Below, in pieces: positions 11,930 to 24,714 of a stretch of 64,000 nt of DNA. The stretch covers positions 55,616,001-55,680,000 of the forward strand of contig CM059432.1 in assembly GCA_030390025.1 (NCBI GenBank), in the 5' to 3' direction. The stretch comes from Squalus acanthias (lineage: Eukaryota). A program made the translations under genes and the position numbers. The stretch's first letter is position 1. Each line of letters begins with the position of its first letter. The notes beneath the pieces are model-generated. The model was not told the origin of the DNA. It did not search any database and saw only the letters and a program-made list of their open reading frames with translations.

Positions 11930-13631
11930 CGTATCCTAACTCACACCAACTCCCATTCACCCATCACCTATATGCATGCTGTCCACCAAAGCCTCAAATT
12001 AAAAAATGTCATCCTTGTGTTCAAAGCCCTCCATTGTCTTGCCCTCCATATCTCTCCAATCTGGCCAATTACCGCCCCATCAGTCTACTCTCAATCATCA
12101 GCAAAGTGATGGAAGGTGTCATCAACAGTGCTATCAAACGGCACTTACTCACCAATAACCTGCTCACTGATGCCCAGTTTGGGTTCCACCAAGACAACTC
12201 GGCTCCCGACTTCATTACAGCCTTGGTCCAAACATGGACAAAAGAGCTGAATTCCAGAGGTGAGATGAGAGTGACTGCCCTTGACATCAAGGCAGCATTT
12301 GACCGAGTGTGGCATCAAGGAGCCCTAGTAAAATTGAAGTCAATGGGAATCGGGGGGAAAACTCTCCTCTGGCTGGAGTCATACCTAGCACAAAGAAAGA
12401 TGGTTGTGGTGGTTGAAGGTCAATCATCACAGCCCCGGGACATCGCTGCAGGAGATGCAACAAGACCTGGACGACATTCAGGCTTGGGCTGATAAGTGGC
12501 AGGTAACATTCGCACCACAGAAGTGCCAGGCAATGACTATCTCCAAGAAGCGAGAGTCTAACCACCGCCCCTTGACATTCAACGGCATTACCATCACCAA
12601 ATCCCCCACCATCAACATCCTGGGGGTCACCATTGACCAGAAACTTAACTGGACCAGCCACATAAATACTGTGGCAACAAGAGCAGGTCAGAGGCTAGGT
12701 ATTCTGCGGCGAGTGTCTCACCTGCTGACTCCCCAAAGCCTTTCTACCATCTACAAGGCACAAATAAGGAGTGTGATGGAATACTCTCCAATTGCCTGGA
12801 TGAGTGTACCTCCAACAACACTCAAGAAGCTCGATACCATCCAGGATAAAGCAGCCCGCTTGATTGGCACCCCATCTACCACCTTAAACATTCACTCCCT
12901 CCACCACCGGCGTACCGTGGCTGCAGTGTGTACCATCTACAAGATGCACTGCAGCAACACGCCAAGGCTTCTTCGGCAGCACCTCCCAAACCCGCGACCT
13001 CTTCCACCTAGAAGGACAAGGGCAGCAGGCGCATGGGAACACCACACCTCCAAGTTCCCCTCCAAGTCACACACCATCCTGACTTAGAAGTATATCGCCG
13101 ATCCTTCATCGTCGCTGGGTCAAAATCCTGGAACTCCCTACCTAACAGCACTGTGGGAGTACCTTCACCACACGGACTGCAGCGGTTCAAGAAGGCGGCT
13201 CACCACCACCTTCTCAAGGGCAATTAGGGATGGGCAATAAATGCTGGCCTTGCCAACAATGCCCACATCCCATAAACGAATTTTAAAAAACCTCCTCCGG
13301 CCCTACAACCCTCCGAGATCGCTACGTTCCTCCAATTCTGACCTCTTGTGCATCCCCGATTTCCTTTGCCCCTCCATTTGCAGCCATGCCTTCAGCTGTC
13401 TAGGCTCTGAGCTCTGGAATTCCCTCCTTAAACCTCTCCATTTCGCTATCTCTCTTTCCTCCTTTAAGTCACTCCTTAAAACTTACCTCTTTGACCACGT
13501 TTTTGGTCGCCTGTCCTAATATCTCCTTATGTGGCTTAGTGTCAAATTTTGTCTGATAACGTTTCTGTGAAACGCCTTGGGACACTTTACTATGTTAAAG
13601 GTGTTATATAAATGCAAGTTATTGTTGTTGG
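11930..13631 (+). mobile_element. L2 3' fragment (11930-12055 plus 13291-13631) split by a younger LINE
   Basis: L2 sequence stops at ...ccatatctct and resumes cctcctccggccctacaac after the inserted poly(A); ends with (ttg)n. Confidence 0.85.
12056..13290 (+). mobile_element. CR1-group LINE (second family), 5'-truncated, with internal deletion of the FADD region
   Basis: NYRPISLLSIISKVME, LDIKAAFDRVWH, WQVTFAPQKCQ; aataaa plus A-tail; homologous to 52378-55300. Confidence 0.88.
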
Positions 13632-16487
13632 TATTTCTGAGAGATGTGATGAGACATTTAATTAAAATTCAAATCTTTCTTCCTTTCTGTTCGCATTCTT
13701 TTCAGTTCAACTTTTGACACTGCAGTCCATGTTTTCCACTTCTGTCACCATGCCACTTGGGCTTTCGCATTTGGCTCCAAATCAGATGACAGAAATTAGA
13801 TGTGCAGCAAGAAGGAGCGATTTGCAGGATTACTCCAGAACAAGAGGTTGTAATGAAAATAAAATGGAATGTTCTTTCGTGACCAAGATGGCACACTTTG
13901 AACTTTCCATATACTTGATGTTATAAAGTGAGGCTGCAATCCAAGAACTGGGAGTGATGGCATCAAACTTGAAATTACATGAAGGTTTTTAGAAATCGCT
14001 CTGTTCATCTATTCATTGGGGAAGCAAGTTGTCACAAAATGAGCAATCTATAATCTCTATAATTCCGAGTTAGTCAATCTCATTTGAAACAGCAAAAGCT
14101 GTGCTGAAATTGATCTCTTCATTTCTGGGTTAGGGAGGGGGACAATAATTAGACATGGTTTCGACTTCTGATTGATATTCAGTGGCCCCTACTGAAAAGT
14201 ATGTGTTTGTAGACATCAGGTAAAGGTACAATTGGGTTTTGCTGTTAAACAACTCACTGATACTCAGTGTCCTGGATCGCCAATGAATGGGGTAATATTG
14301 CCCTGTATAAGAGTAGCTTACAAACACATTGATGTGTTTGTATGAAGTTCCTCTGTCCAATATTTTGTCAAAGGCGTAAACCAATATATTTTGTATGCTA
14401 CTATCACAAAGTGCAACTTCCACCCAGAATAATGATCGCTTGGGTGATGTACCCAAGGGATGTTGGTGCCTTTGGAACTGCACTGCAATATGAGTGAGTG
14501 CCTTGAGGACAGGTAAGATGATGAGGAGAAATAAAGTATTTGATTATAATGTATTCTCTCAGTCACTATCGTTTTTATCTCTTTCCTTCACCCTCCACCT
14601 CCCCACACTATTTTGGTCTTTTTTCTTTGTAACCAACTGTTTTTCCACTGTTTCCCCCAGGCTCACTCTCATTTTTTTTCTAAAGAGTTAGGTTCTGAGT
14701 TTGGTACAGACCTGTTCTATGTCTTTCAGCGACATGGAACTCATGCTGCTCCATGCTGATTCATTCAACTGCTGACATCTACTGAAACAACTTTTACAGT
14801 GTTAGCTGGAGCCTTCAATGGGAATCTTTATAACGATCACATAGTTGGAAGAAATTGCCATACGTTCCTTCATAAATATCACTCCACCAGAGGATCTGAT
14901 GTATTTTATAGGACATTGGACCAGATGGAGATTATAAATAGGTTTAAGCTTGTACTCTTTGGGCCAATTTATTACAAAAAGTAATGATTAAATTACAATT
15001 GCAGAGTTTGCCTTTGCAGAACATATTACTGCCTGTTCAGTCTTGTTAAACGAGCAGTACATCCAGAACACAAACACTGTTTCCAGAATTACAGCACAAC
15101 ACCTCAGACCCGCTGTGGCTCATGTCAACGCAGATTAACAATTTTGACCTTCAACCTCTGCCTCTCCCTTCCTGCTCAAAGTATCCTGAACAACAACAGC
15201 ACATTTTTGGAAACTTGCAGCTGAGCGGCAGCGTGGCCGCAAGAACTGCAGGAGTCAACAACACTGTTTCATGCAACCAATTTACCACAGGGCAAATTCC
15301 CAACAAGGCACATCAGACAGGGAGATGGCGAGCATTGGCTGGGTGCTTCCTCACAAAAATGGTGAGGAAGTGGAGGAATATAAAGTATCCCAATTTAATC
15401 TTGCACCCCTCTTAATACCCAGTTACAAAATGGTATTGGCAGAGGTCATGCAGCAGGGCACCTACCTTGCCTGCCACTTTGGATGGGGAATGCTGCTGAC
15501 AAAAAATAAGAAAATAAAGCATAGTAGGTGAAATGCAAGTCACAGTTTTAATCCCTGTGCTGTTAAGATGCTGAGCCTTGTCATACTGCTGTGTGAAGGT
15601 GTCAATTGTGGTCATGGAGTCTCTTCATAATGGGAGAAAAAAGAAACAGAGGGAGTCATCCCAAGACTGCCTCAGGGATCAGGTCAAAAATGCCATGGTG
15701 AAAAAAGTCACTGGCCCATTCTCTCAGCAGCAAGCTGCAAACCCGTGGAGAAAATTCAATCCCTCACAAAAATAGCAAATACTGATGATAAACAGCTGGT
15801 TGAGAAATATTTCCCTTACAATCTCTTCAAACCAGAGAAGTAAACTAATGAAACATTACTGATGTATAATTTAATATTTATAACAAAGCAATATGCAGGA
15901 ATGCATTTTCTCTTTACCTCCTTTTCTTTCAGTTAACCTTCTGGAACTGCATTCATTTTTATGCGACAAGTGAGAAAAATAGCACTGGAGTCTCCGCAGT
16001 CAGCAAGTCTTCTCAGTGGCAGAAACTGTGGCTCCTGGATAAAAGAAAACCAGAACTTCATTAGGAAAGTGAAAGGAAATCATGTTTCTCCCACCCAGCC
16101 AACTAAGCTATCACATTCACCGCAGCTGAAAATTCAGATTTGTAATAATCCAGCTAGTTCCCATCAAAATACACTGTGCAAACATATTCATTCTGATATT
16201 CGATAGCAGCTAAAGGTCTGTCCCCCTGGGGAATTGTTTCTGGAGGAAGATCTGCCAGGATCACCCAAGTCTGATAGACTGCTCCAATGGCTGCTGGGAA
16301 AATTTCCAGTAGAGAAAACAACTCACAACGCAGCACTAGACACGTCTTTCAAAGCTTTTTTTTCTGCAAATTGAAATCATGCTGAAGCATTAATCTGACT
16401 GGAAATCCTACTGGTCACTTGTCCTGTTGGACTGGTCAATGCCACTGGGTGGGTGATCAACCACATGAGACAACCATGGCCCGGAAT

Positions 16488-18055
16488 TTGCAGTAAATAG
16501 CAAAGCGACGGCACTTGCCACTGACCTTGAAGGAAGCTGCCCACAAAGATATAGCAATCTCTGTGGTGTCAATTTCAGCTCTCCCGACCTTAGTTTGAAT
16601 CTGGTACCAAATCAAGCGACCAGGAAGTAAAATGCACTGTAAAATTTATTAAAAGTAAATTATAATCTGAGAGCAAAACATAGATTGGGACATACACATA
16701 GGATTAAGGTAGAAGATGAAATATCATAAACAAACTTTAAAAAATATAGGGGGAGAAATTCAGTATCGCCCCATTTGGGGCGCAATTATTGGCTGGGCGC
16801 AAAGATTAGCGCCTGGCACTAATTATCGTCTCCAACTGCAAACTTGACTTTTATCGCCCCTGGAGGTGATTGGAGCGCTAAATCAGGCGCTTCACACCTG
16901 TCTTAAGGCGCAAAGGCCGAGGAGCGAGGCGCTACCTCAGAGCGCTGGCGAAGCTCATGTGATGTCAGTCAGCAATAGAACACACACACAATGGCGCCGG
17001 CCAGTTCTTAAAGGGGAGGGTTGATCTTGCTTTCCATCCACATCCTGCTCATTGCAGCCTTGAATCTTGGCCTGGAGAGACCTGTACATCAAATCTGCTG
17101 GAAAGAACAATGGAGAGGCCCAGGGAAAGAGCTCAGAGTGCAGCCCTTAAGTCTTTTCTAAATATATACAAGGAAGGGCAAATCAAAATGAACCTGCAAA
17201 GTGCTACTCAGTACCCAAAACTCCTTCACACAGCGTTGAATCTCTCCAGAAGTCTGTCTCTCTCTCTCTCAGAATGCGTGGTTCAAAAATGTCACCAACA
17301 ATAAAAGGCAGGAAGCGGTCGCCTTTAAATAGCGCTTCCCCCAGTCCCTTCCTGACTGCAAAACGCTCCCCTCAACCTGTCATTGCTAGCGGCAGGCGGT
17401 AAGGCAGGGGGCACCACTCAATATCAGCTCCGGGGCGATACCGGGACGTTGTGCACTCGACTGACGTCACAATCTGCCGGCGCAGGAGATCGTGGCGGTA
17501 GTGTTTAGCGCCGCCGCAAAATGTCTAGTTAACTTCGCGAGCGGCGCAAACATCGCTGCGCCCGGGCGCTAGTTGCTTTGCGCCCCATTAGCGCCCTCTT
17601 AAGGCGCTAACGGGAGGCGCAACCAACTGAATTTTTTCCCCCATATTATGTATATTAAAAAATTATAATTCTTAATCATATTAATGGGAACATTTGACAT
17701 TCCACAGATATAAAATTAGTTTTTCAGGGCCAGAACAGTTGTTCAGTGGTCAGTACACCATTAAAAACCCAGTTACATCTCTTTCAATAAGGCTTAACAT
17801 TTTAGGGTTTTTTTAACAGCGATATTCCATCGTAAAAGGGGAAGTTCCCCTCAGTTCAAGTGATTTAAATTGATTGCTGGCTCCGGGGAGTTCCACAGCA
17901 GAGTCTGTGGAGGAGCAGTGAATGACTTACCACAACTTCAGGATTTCCGCGTTTATATGCGCATGCGCTAAATCCTGACATTACGGTCAGTTTCAGAGGG
18001 GTAATGACTGCGAACGCTGACAGTTTTGCCATCATTACCACCGCAAAAGTCTATT
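16488..18055. mobile_element. Older Harbinger-type non-autonomous element hosting a nested MITE
   Basis: Left end ggcccggaatttgcagt; degenerate right end accgcaaaagtc; GCGCATGCGC near 17959. Confidence 0.5.
16749..17642 (+). mobile_element. Harbinger-type MITE, ~895 bp (copy A)
   Basis: TIRs gggggagaaattcag / ctgaattttttccccc; ATA on both flanks (3-bp TSD); near-identical inverted copy at 58491-59391. Confidence 0.92.
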
Positions 18056-18179
18056 TTCCAAACCATTTTGATGCTCGTTAGAACAATTTAAGATTTTGGA
18101 CGGGCAAGTTCCTGTTAGCCAAACTCTCAGTTATCTGAGTTAACTTAGTTTATCACGCACAAGCCAAGAAGTGGGTATA

Positions 18180-18432
18180 AATTCAGAGTTAGTACAAGAA
18201 ACATACAGGGAGAGGTTAGAAGAATTCTTATTAATCCAAAAGGTTATTAGAATGTAGAATGCATTACTGCAAGTGGCTACTGCAGCCAAGTCAATCATAA
18301 TATTTAAGAGTAAATCAAATAAACACTTGAAAAAGAAATTCGCGGAAGAGTAGAGAAATGGGATTACAGCAGATAGGTCGGAAGTGGCACCAGCACAATC
18401 GACCAAAAGGTGCTGACATTTCTATGGTTCCA
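18180..18432 (+). mobile_element. Highly degenerate CR1 3' end
   Basis: agaagaattcttattaatccaaaaggttattagaatgtagaatgcatt...ttctatggttc resembles the CR1 end at 47010-47265. Confidence 0.55.
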
Positions 18433-18924
18433 TGAATAGGCTCTGAAGAGTGGGACTGCTATTCATAATTCCACACATGTGATGCGATTACCTGCCCATT
18501 GGCACAATTTTCACTCTTAGGGCATCCTGTTTGAATAGGCAAAAATAATTAAATATATCACTGATGCAAAAAAGTGAAAATCCATCTGAACTCTACAATA
18601 TACTGCAGAATCAAGTTGTATATGAGACAAGAGATAGGTTTTAGAAACTTAGTAGGTGTATTTACACAGGGGCTCTCCCACTTGTCTGCAGCAGAAGAGC
18701 TGATGAAACCCCGGCAAAATGACGTAAACAGCAGCGCAATTTCAATTGGTACCAATTTCATAGTGCAGCATTTTTAATTTGTTCTTGACCCCGCCCATCC
18801 CCCCCCACTCCCCACAAACCCACTGAGCAACTATTTTTTAATCATGATCACCCCGCTCTCTACACATGAACTCCACCATTGGAAGAATTATTTTCACTTA
18901 CCAACACCCACTGAACAAGTTTTC

Positions 18925-21355
18925 TCTGCATGGCGGACAACTGGTTTAGCCATTCACTGCCAGATCTGGCTGGACCACATAAAGCATTATCAGGTCCTGC
19001 TCTCATCTGCCAAAATTGCTCACTATTCCAGAATCATTCTGGAATGCAAAGATAAACCCCGGCTTCTATTCTCCACTGCTAACCATCTTCTTAAACCCCT
19101 CTCCCCTGCCTCCTCCACCCTCACCTCCGACAACAAGTGTGAGGAGCTCATGGACCTTTGTCTCTAAGATTGAGACCATCGGTTCAACTGCCTCTGCCAC
19201 TTACCTTCCTTCCCCTAGCCCACCGGGTCAAACATCCTCTAAGGTTCCCCCCTGCCCTAGCCCTGAACTCACATCTTTCTCCAGTTTCTCTCCGATCTCC
19301 CCTCATGACCTCTCTGCACTCATCTTGTCCATGAGACCAGCTTCCTGCTCCCTATTCCCACCAAACTGCTGACCACCCAACTTCCTTTTCTGGCTCCCAT
19401 GTTAGCTGACATTGTTAACGGTTCTCTCTCCTCAGGTACTGTCCCCCTCTCCCTCAAATCTGCCATCATCACCCCTCCTCAAAAAAACAACCCTTGACCC
19501 CTCCGTCCTTGTAAATTACTGCCCCATCTTCAATCTCCCTTTCCTCTCCAAAGTCCTTGAACGTGTTGTCACCTCCCAAATCCATGCCCATCTTTCCCGC
19601 AACTCCATGTTTGAATCCCTCAGGTTTCCGCCCTTGCCACAGTACTGAAACGGCTCTCATCAAAGTCACAAATGACATCCTTTGTGACTGTGACAAAGGT
19701 AAACTATCCCTCCTCATCCTTCTCAACTAGTCTGCAGCCTTTGATACGGTTGACCACTCCATCCTTCTCCAACGCCTCTCCACTGTCGTCCAACTGGGTA
19801 GGAGTGCACTCGCCTGTTTCCATTCTTATCTATCTAATCGTATCCAGAGAATCACCTGCAACGGCTTCTTATCCCGCTCCCGCATCGTTACCGCTGGTGT
19901 CCCCCAAGGATCTATCCTTGGCACCCTCCTATTTCTCATCTACATGTTGCCCTTTAGCAACACCATCCGAAAACACAGTGTCAGTTTCCACAAGTACGCT
20001 GATGACACCCAGCTCTACCTCACTACCACTTCTCTCGACCCCTCCACGGTCTCTAAATTGTCAGACTGCTTGTCCGACATCCAGTTCTGGATGAGCAGAA
20101 ATTTTCTCCAATTAAATATTGAGAAGACCAAAGCCATTATTTTCGGTCCCCGCCACAAACTCCGTTCCCTAGCCACTGACACCATCCCTCTCCCTAACAT
20201 CTGTCTGAGGCTGAACCACACAGTTCGCAACCTTGGTGTCATATTTGACCCTGAAATGAGCTTCCAACCACATATCCACAGCATAACTAAGACCGCCTAT
20301 TTCCACCTCCGTAACATCACCCATCTCCACCCTTGCCTCAGCTCAATCGTTGCTGAAACCCTCATCCATGCCTTTGTTACCTCTAGACTTGACTATTCCA
20401 ACACACTCCTGGCTGGCCTCCCACATTCTACCCTACGTAAACTTGAGGTCATCCAAAACGCGGCTGCCCATGTCCTAACTCGCACCAAGTCCCGTTCACC
20501 CATCACCCCTGTGCTCGCTGACCTACATTGGCTCCCAGTTAAGCAGCGCCTCGATTTCAAAATGCTCATCCCTGTTTTCAAATCCCTCCATGGCCTCACC
20601 CCTCCCTATCTCTGTAATCTTCTTCAGCCCCACAACCCCCCGAGATATCTTCGCTCCTCTAATTCTGCCCTCTTGAGCATCCCTGATTATAATCGCTCAA
20701 CCATTGGTGGCCATGCCTTTTGTTGCCTAGGTCCTAAGCTCTGGAATTCCCTGCCTAAACCTTTCCGCCTCTCTACCTCTCTTTCCTCCTTTAAGACGCT
20801 CCTTAAAACCTACCTCTTTGACCAAGCTTTTGGTCACCTGCCCTAATTTCTCCTTATGTGGCTCGGTGTCAATTTGTTTTGTCTTATAACACTCCTGTGA
20901 AGCACCTTGGGACGTTTTACTATGTTAAAGGCGCCAGAGACCCGGGTTCGAATCTGACCTCGGGTGACTGTCTGTGTGGAGTTTGCACATTCTCCCCGTG
21001 TCTGCGTGGGTTTCCTCCGGGTGCTCCGGTTTCCTCCCACAGTCCAAAAATGTGTGGGTTAGGTTGATTTGGCTATGATAAATTGACCCTTAGTGTTAGG
21101 GGGGATTAAATATGTGGGGTTATGGGGATAGGATGGGATATGTTAGGGGGAATTAAATACGTGGGGTTACGGGGGTAGGGTGGGATATGTGTACTGTGGG
21201 GATTAAAGCAGGGACAGGGTACTGGATTTGGATGATCAGCCATGATCGTATTAAATGGCGGAGCAGGCTCGACGGGCCGAATGGCCTACTCCTGCTCCTA
21301 GATTCTATGTTTCTATGTTTCTATATAAATACAAGTTGTTGTTGTTGTTGTTGTA
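18925..21355 (+). mobile_element. L2 LINE, 5'-truncated, ~2 kb; RT C-terminal ORF 19944-20846 uninterrupted
   Basis: KYADDTQLY RT motif, GVPQGSILG region, LADLHWLPVKQR; (ttg)n tail after a SINE insertion. Confidence 0.93.
20934..21322 (+). mobile_element. V-SINE (HE1-like), 5'-truncated, with CR1/HER1-derived tail
   Basis: B-box gggttcgaatc; V-domain gtgtggagtttgcacattctccccgtgtctgcgtgggtttcctccgggtgctccggtttcctcccaca; tail matches CR1 end 47150-47265 including (ttctatgt)n. Confidence 0.88.
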
Positions 21356-21902
21356 ATGGTTATCCCTCAACCTGCTCGGCAATTTTTACAGCAATGACTC
21401 CCCCTCCCCTCAGGATGAGTAGCACCATACAGTTCCAGCATTTGAACTCCACCCCAACCCCGCACAAGCAAAGCAAGTTTCCCCCCATTTAGACCATAAG
21501 CCCCTCCTCTGATTCAATTATCCACTTCTCTTCCCTCCATGACCTATCTCCTCCCTCATTTTTCTGCCCCCTCCTCTCCTCCCTTTCTCTGTCTCCCATA
21601 CTCCCCCCCTTCTTCATCCTTCCCCCCCCATTCTCCGTCTCCACCCCATGCTCACTATGCCTCCTCCTCCTGCCCTCCCTCCCTCCCTCCTCCAATTATC
21701 CTCACTTGATCTAAAACATTTGGTATCAACACTTGGGTGCAATGACGTAGGAGATCAACTAGTACAGAGGTTCCTAAACTTGTTTTGCTGAGACCCCCTT
21801 CGGAGATTCATGTCCCATGCTTTCTAAAAAAACCAGTATTTTTGCCTTTTGCATATAGAGTGACTGCTGCCAATGAACCGGAAGCTGCGCAGAAGCGTTC
21901 TG

Positions 21903-22126
21903 CACATAAATCTGTGGTGGTTTAATTATTAATATATAATAATATCACATAAATCTGTGGTGGTTTAATTATTAATATATAATAATATCACATAAATCTG
22001 TGGTGGTTTAATTATTAATATATAATATCACATAAATCTGTGGTGGTTTAATTATTAATATATAATATCGCATAAATCTGTGGTGGTTTAATTATTAATA
22101 TATAATAATATTACATAAATCTGTGG
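21903..22126. repeat. 40-43-bp AT-rich minisatellite (cacataaatctgtggtggtttaattattaatatataataatat), ~5.3 copies
   Basis: Directly visible tandem units. Confidence 0.95.
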
Positions 22127-22250
22127 AATCTGTGGAGCTCTGGGATGGTTTAATAATAATATATAATAATATCGCAGGTTGGTTTAAGTATTAATGTATC
22201 ATAATTTTGCGGGGATTTATTTGGTTGGAGTGCAAGCTCTGTACACTTAC

Positions 22251-22343
22251 CAGCAAACATTCACTGTTCACTTTGCACTTGGGATCCTTTAACATGGATT
22301 TGATTTTTTCAAACCGAGCCTCCAAACTTTCTCCAGACGACAT
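22251..22343 (-). CDS. ROCK1: Rho-associated protein kinase 1, first coding exon (MSSGESLEARFEKIKSMLKDPKCKVNSECLL); in-frame upstream ATG at 22352
   Basis: 31 codons co-linear with the human ROCK1 N-terminus as I recall it (MSTGDSFETRFEKMDNLLRDPKSEVNSDCLL); ends at a phase-0 donor CTG|GTAAGT; too short for the ORF track. Confidence 0.93.
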
Positions 22344-23384
22344 GGTGTCCATGTTATTTTATTAAGTTTCGTCCCAGTTAAAAAGTAAACAAAACCTACA
22401 CAAAATAAGCACTTCTGCTATGACTGTGACAGCACGGAGCAACGAACAGATGTATTTAACAATAGTTTCACCCAACAGATATTTTTCACTCGGAACCATA
22501 AAAACTTTCATGGAGCTTCTGCGAGTTATCTATTGCAATTTTATGATGGCAACAATATTTTTCTTTCAGTTAACAAACAACCAAAAAAACACTGAAACTG
22601 CACACGTGCGACCAATTCATTTCGTTGGCAGCAGTCACTGCCTTTAAATCTGCTCCCTTACACTTTATAAGGTTTTAAGCAATTCTTGCCAACAAAGCAA
22701 GAGAAGATCCAAGGAATTTCTTGCCCGTTATGTCCACCGTCCTCCTTGCGCCCCCGTCCACCTTATGCCCTGCGATAACCTCGGCAGGGAAGTTTGGAAA
22801 CCTCGGAACAAAGTGTATTTGACAAATATTTAAGATTCTGCTCAAAGTATTCAACAATATTGATAGATTTTGATGTACAAGTTTAGCTACACATATCACA
22901 AATTCCCTGTGGATCACTGTCCATGTCTGAAGCAGTCTAGATAATTCTGAGTGCTTTGTAAATGCTTAAGACCTTTGGCTAAGAGGTCTCATTCAATGCT
23001 ATAGATTCTTACAGGGAGGAATTATGCAACAACACATTTGTTGCAACATCTGCCATTCTGCAGCTCCAAATTTCCCAATTTAGCAACAGAGTAACAGTAT
23101 ATTTAAAAAGATACAATTAAATAGTCTCAAAGTAATGATAACAAAGAAGCGTTATTCGAACAGATATTCTAAAAGTGTCACCATTTATGAGCAGGAATTT
23201 GTTCAAATAATCTGTTCCCTATTCCACACTCTACCCAAATTCTACAAAGCACATATTTTTGAAATGACTATTTCATCCTCACAATTTCTCATTTTTTCAG
23301 CTGAAAGTCAAAGTACATTCACCTTCTGTTACTGCATAGACTTCACATGAGATTTCTCACTTTCAATTCGCTGCACTACACATC

Positions 23385-23660
23385 CTGTACTTAGACTGTT
23401 GCTGTACTCAACATCAAGTCTTGGATGAGTTCAAATTTCCTACAGCTCAACATCAGCAAAACTTAAGACATCCTTATACCCCTTGCCAGCGCCAATGTGA
23501 TGCTCGCTCCAACTCCATCAACCTCCCTGACCGACTGCTTGGGCTGAACCGAGTAGTGATGCACAACCTCAGCATTCAGTTGGAACCTGAGTTGAGATTT
23601 ACATCCACCAAGACTACCTTCTTCCACCTCCAGAATATTAGCCGCTGAGACCCCTGCCAC
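23385..23660 (+). mobile_element. Degenerate L2 fragment
   Basis: cagactg...tggatgag...ttcctacagctcaac...aagactaccttcttccacctccagaatatt parallels 20060-20320. Confidence 0.65.
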
Positions 23661-24324
23661 ATCCAGTCTGTCTTGGTACCTGCTCCAAGTGGAACCCATG
23701 CTATCTATAAATGAACTTCATCCCACCACAGCCTCTTAGCTCCCAGACTTTAAACTTTGGACAGTTTTCATACTGCCTCTCTCTAACCCTCAGCTTATGA
23801 CTGCTAAATGTTTCAACTAATTCCCGCCATGCATATTTATCCCAAGTTCCTTTTGACGTACATAAAGAAACAACGGCCATCATGGTCAAACAGCCTGCCA
23901 ACACACTCTCTGGAATCATAGATGAAGAATGAATCCCCTTTGTGGCAAGGTACTGGCAACTCCGTACCCGAGCCCATTAATTCACTCATTTAAAAAAAAA
24001 TGTTGGTCCCTCTTGGGCCATGCTCTCCTCTCTCCCTCCAAACCCCTCACCCAGTTATGATACCTTTCACCTCTCCTCTATCAACAAATACACTTCCCCA
24101 ATCCCTACCTCAACCTATCACGACCGTTCAGTGTTCCTTCTCTCTTGCCACCATCCCAGGCTCTAATTCCCCTCTAATTCTTTTGCATCTCAGTATTCTC
24201 CGACTGGTCTATTGTGATGTTACTATTTCATTAATAGCAGTAACCCCAAATGCCGCATTATTTCCTCTTGCTGACCATCTTGCCCAGTGCATCTGACCAA
24301 TTTCCTTCCTGTCCTACTGACCTG

Positions 24325-24712
24325 GTTGAGGAGATTTGATAGAGGTGTTCAAAATCATGAGGGGTCTAGACAGAGTAGATAGAGAGAAACTGTTCCCATT
24401 GGCGGAAGGGTCGAGAACCAGAGCTCACAAATTTAAGGTGATTGGTAGAAGAACCAAAGGCAACATGAAGAAAAACTTTTTTACGCAGCGAGTGGTTAGG
24501 ATCTGGAATGCAATGCCTGAAAGGATGGTGGAGGCAGATTCAATCGTGACTTTCAATAGGGAATTGGATAAGTACCTGAAGGAAAATAAATTGCAGGGCT
24601 ACGGGGAAAGGGCAGGGGAGTGGGACTAGCTGAAGTGCTCTTCCAAAGAGCTGGCATGGGCTCGACGGGCCGAATGGCCTCCTTCTGTGCTGTAACCATT
24701 CTATGGTTCTAT
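24325..24712 (+). mobile_element. CR1 LINE 3' end
   Basis: IEVFKIMRGLDRVD...NFFTQRVVRIWNAMP; tail attctatggttctatg. Confidence 0.9.
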
Positions 24713-24714
24713 GA

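Noticed and set aside
1..22250. ROCK1 second coding exon ([24 protein letters not shown]-like)
   Set aside because: Not found by eye; probably lies beyond the window start
22675..22917. 80-aa ORF just upstream of the ROCK1 exon
   Set aside because: Non-ATG start and no similarity to ROCK1 or any protein I recognise
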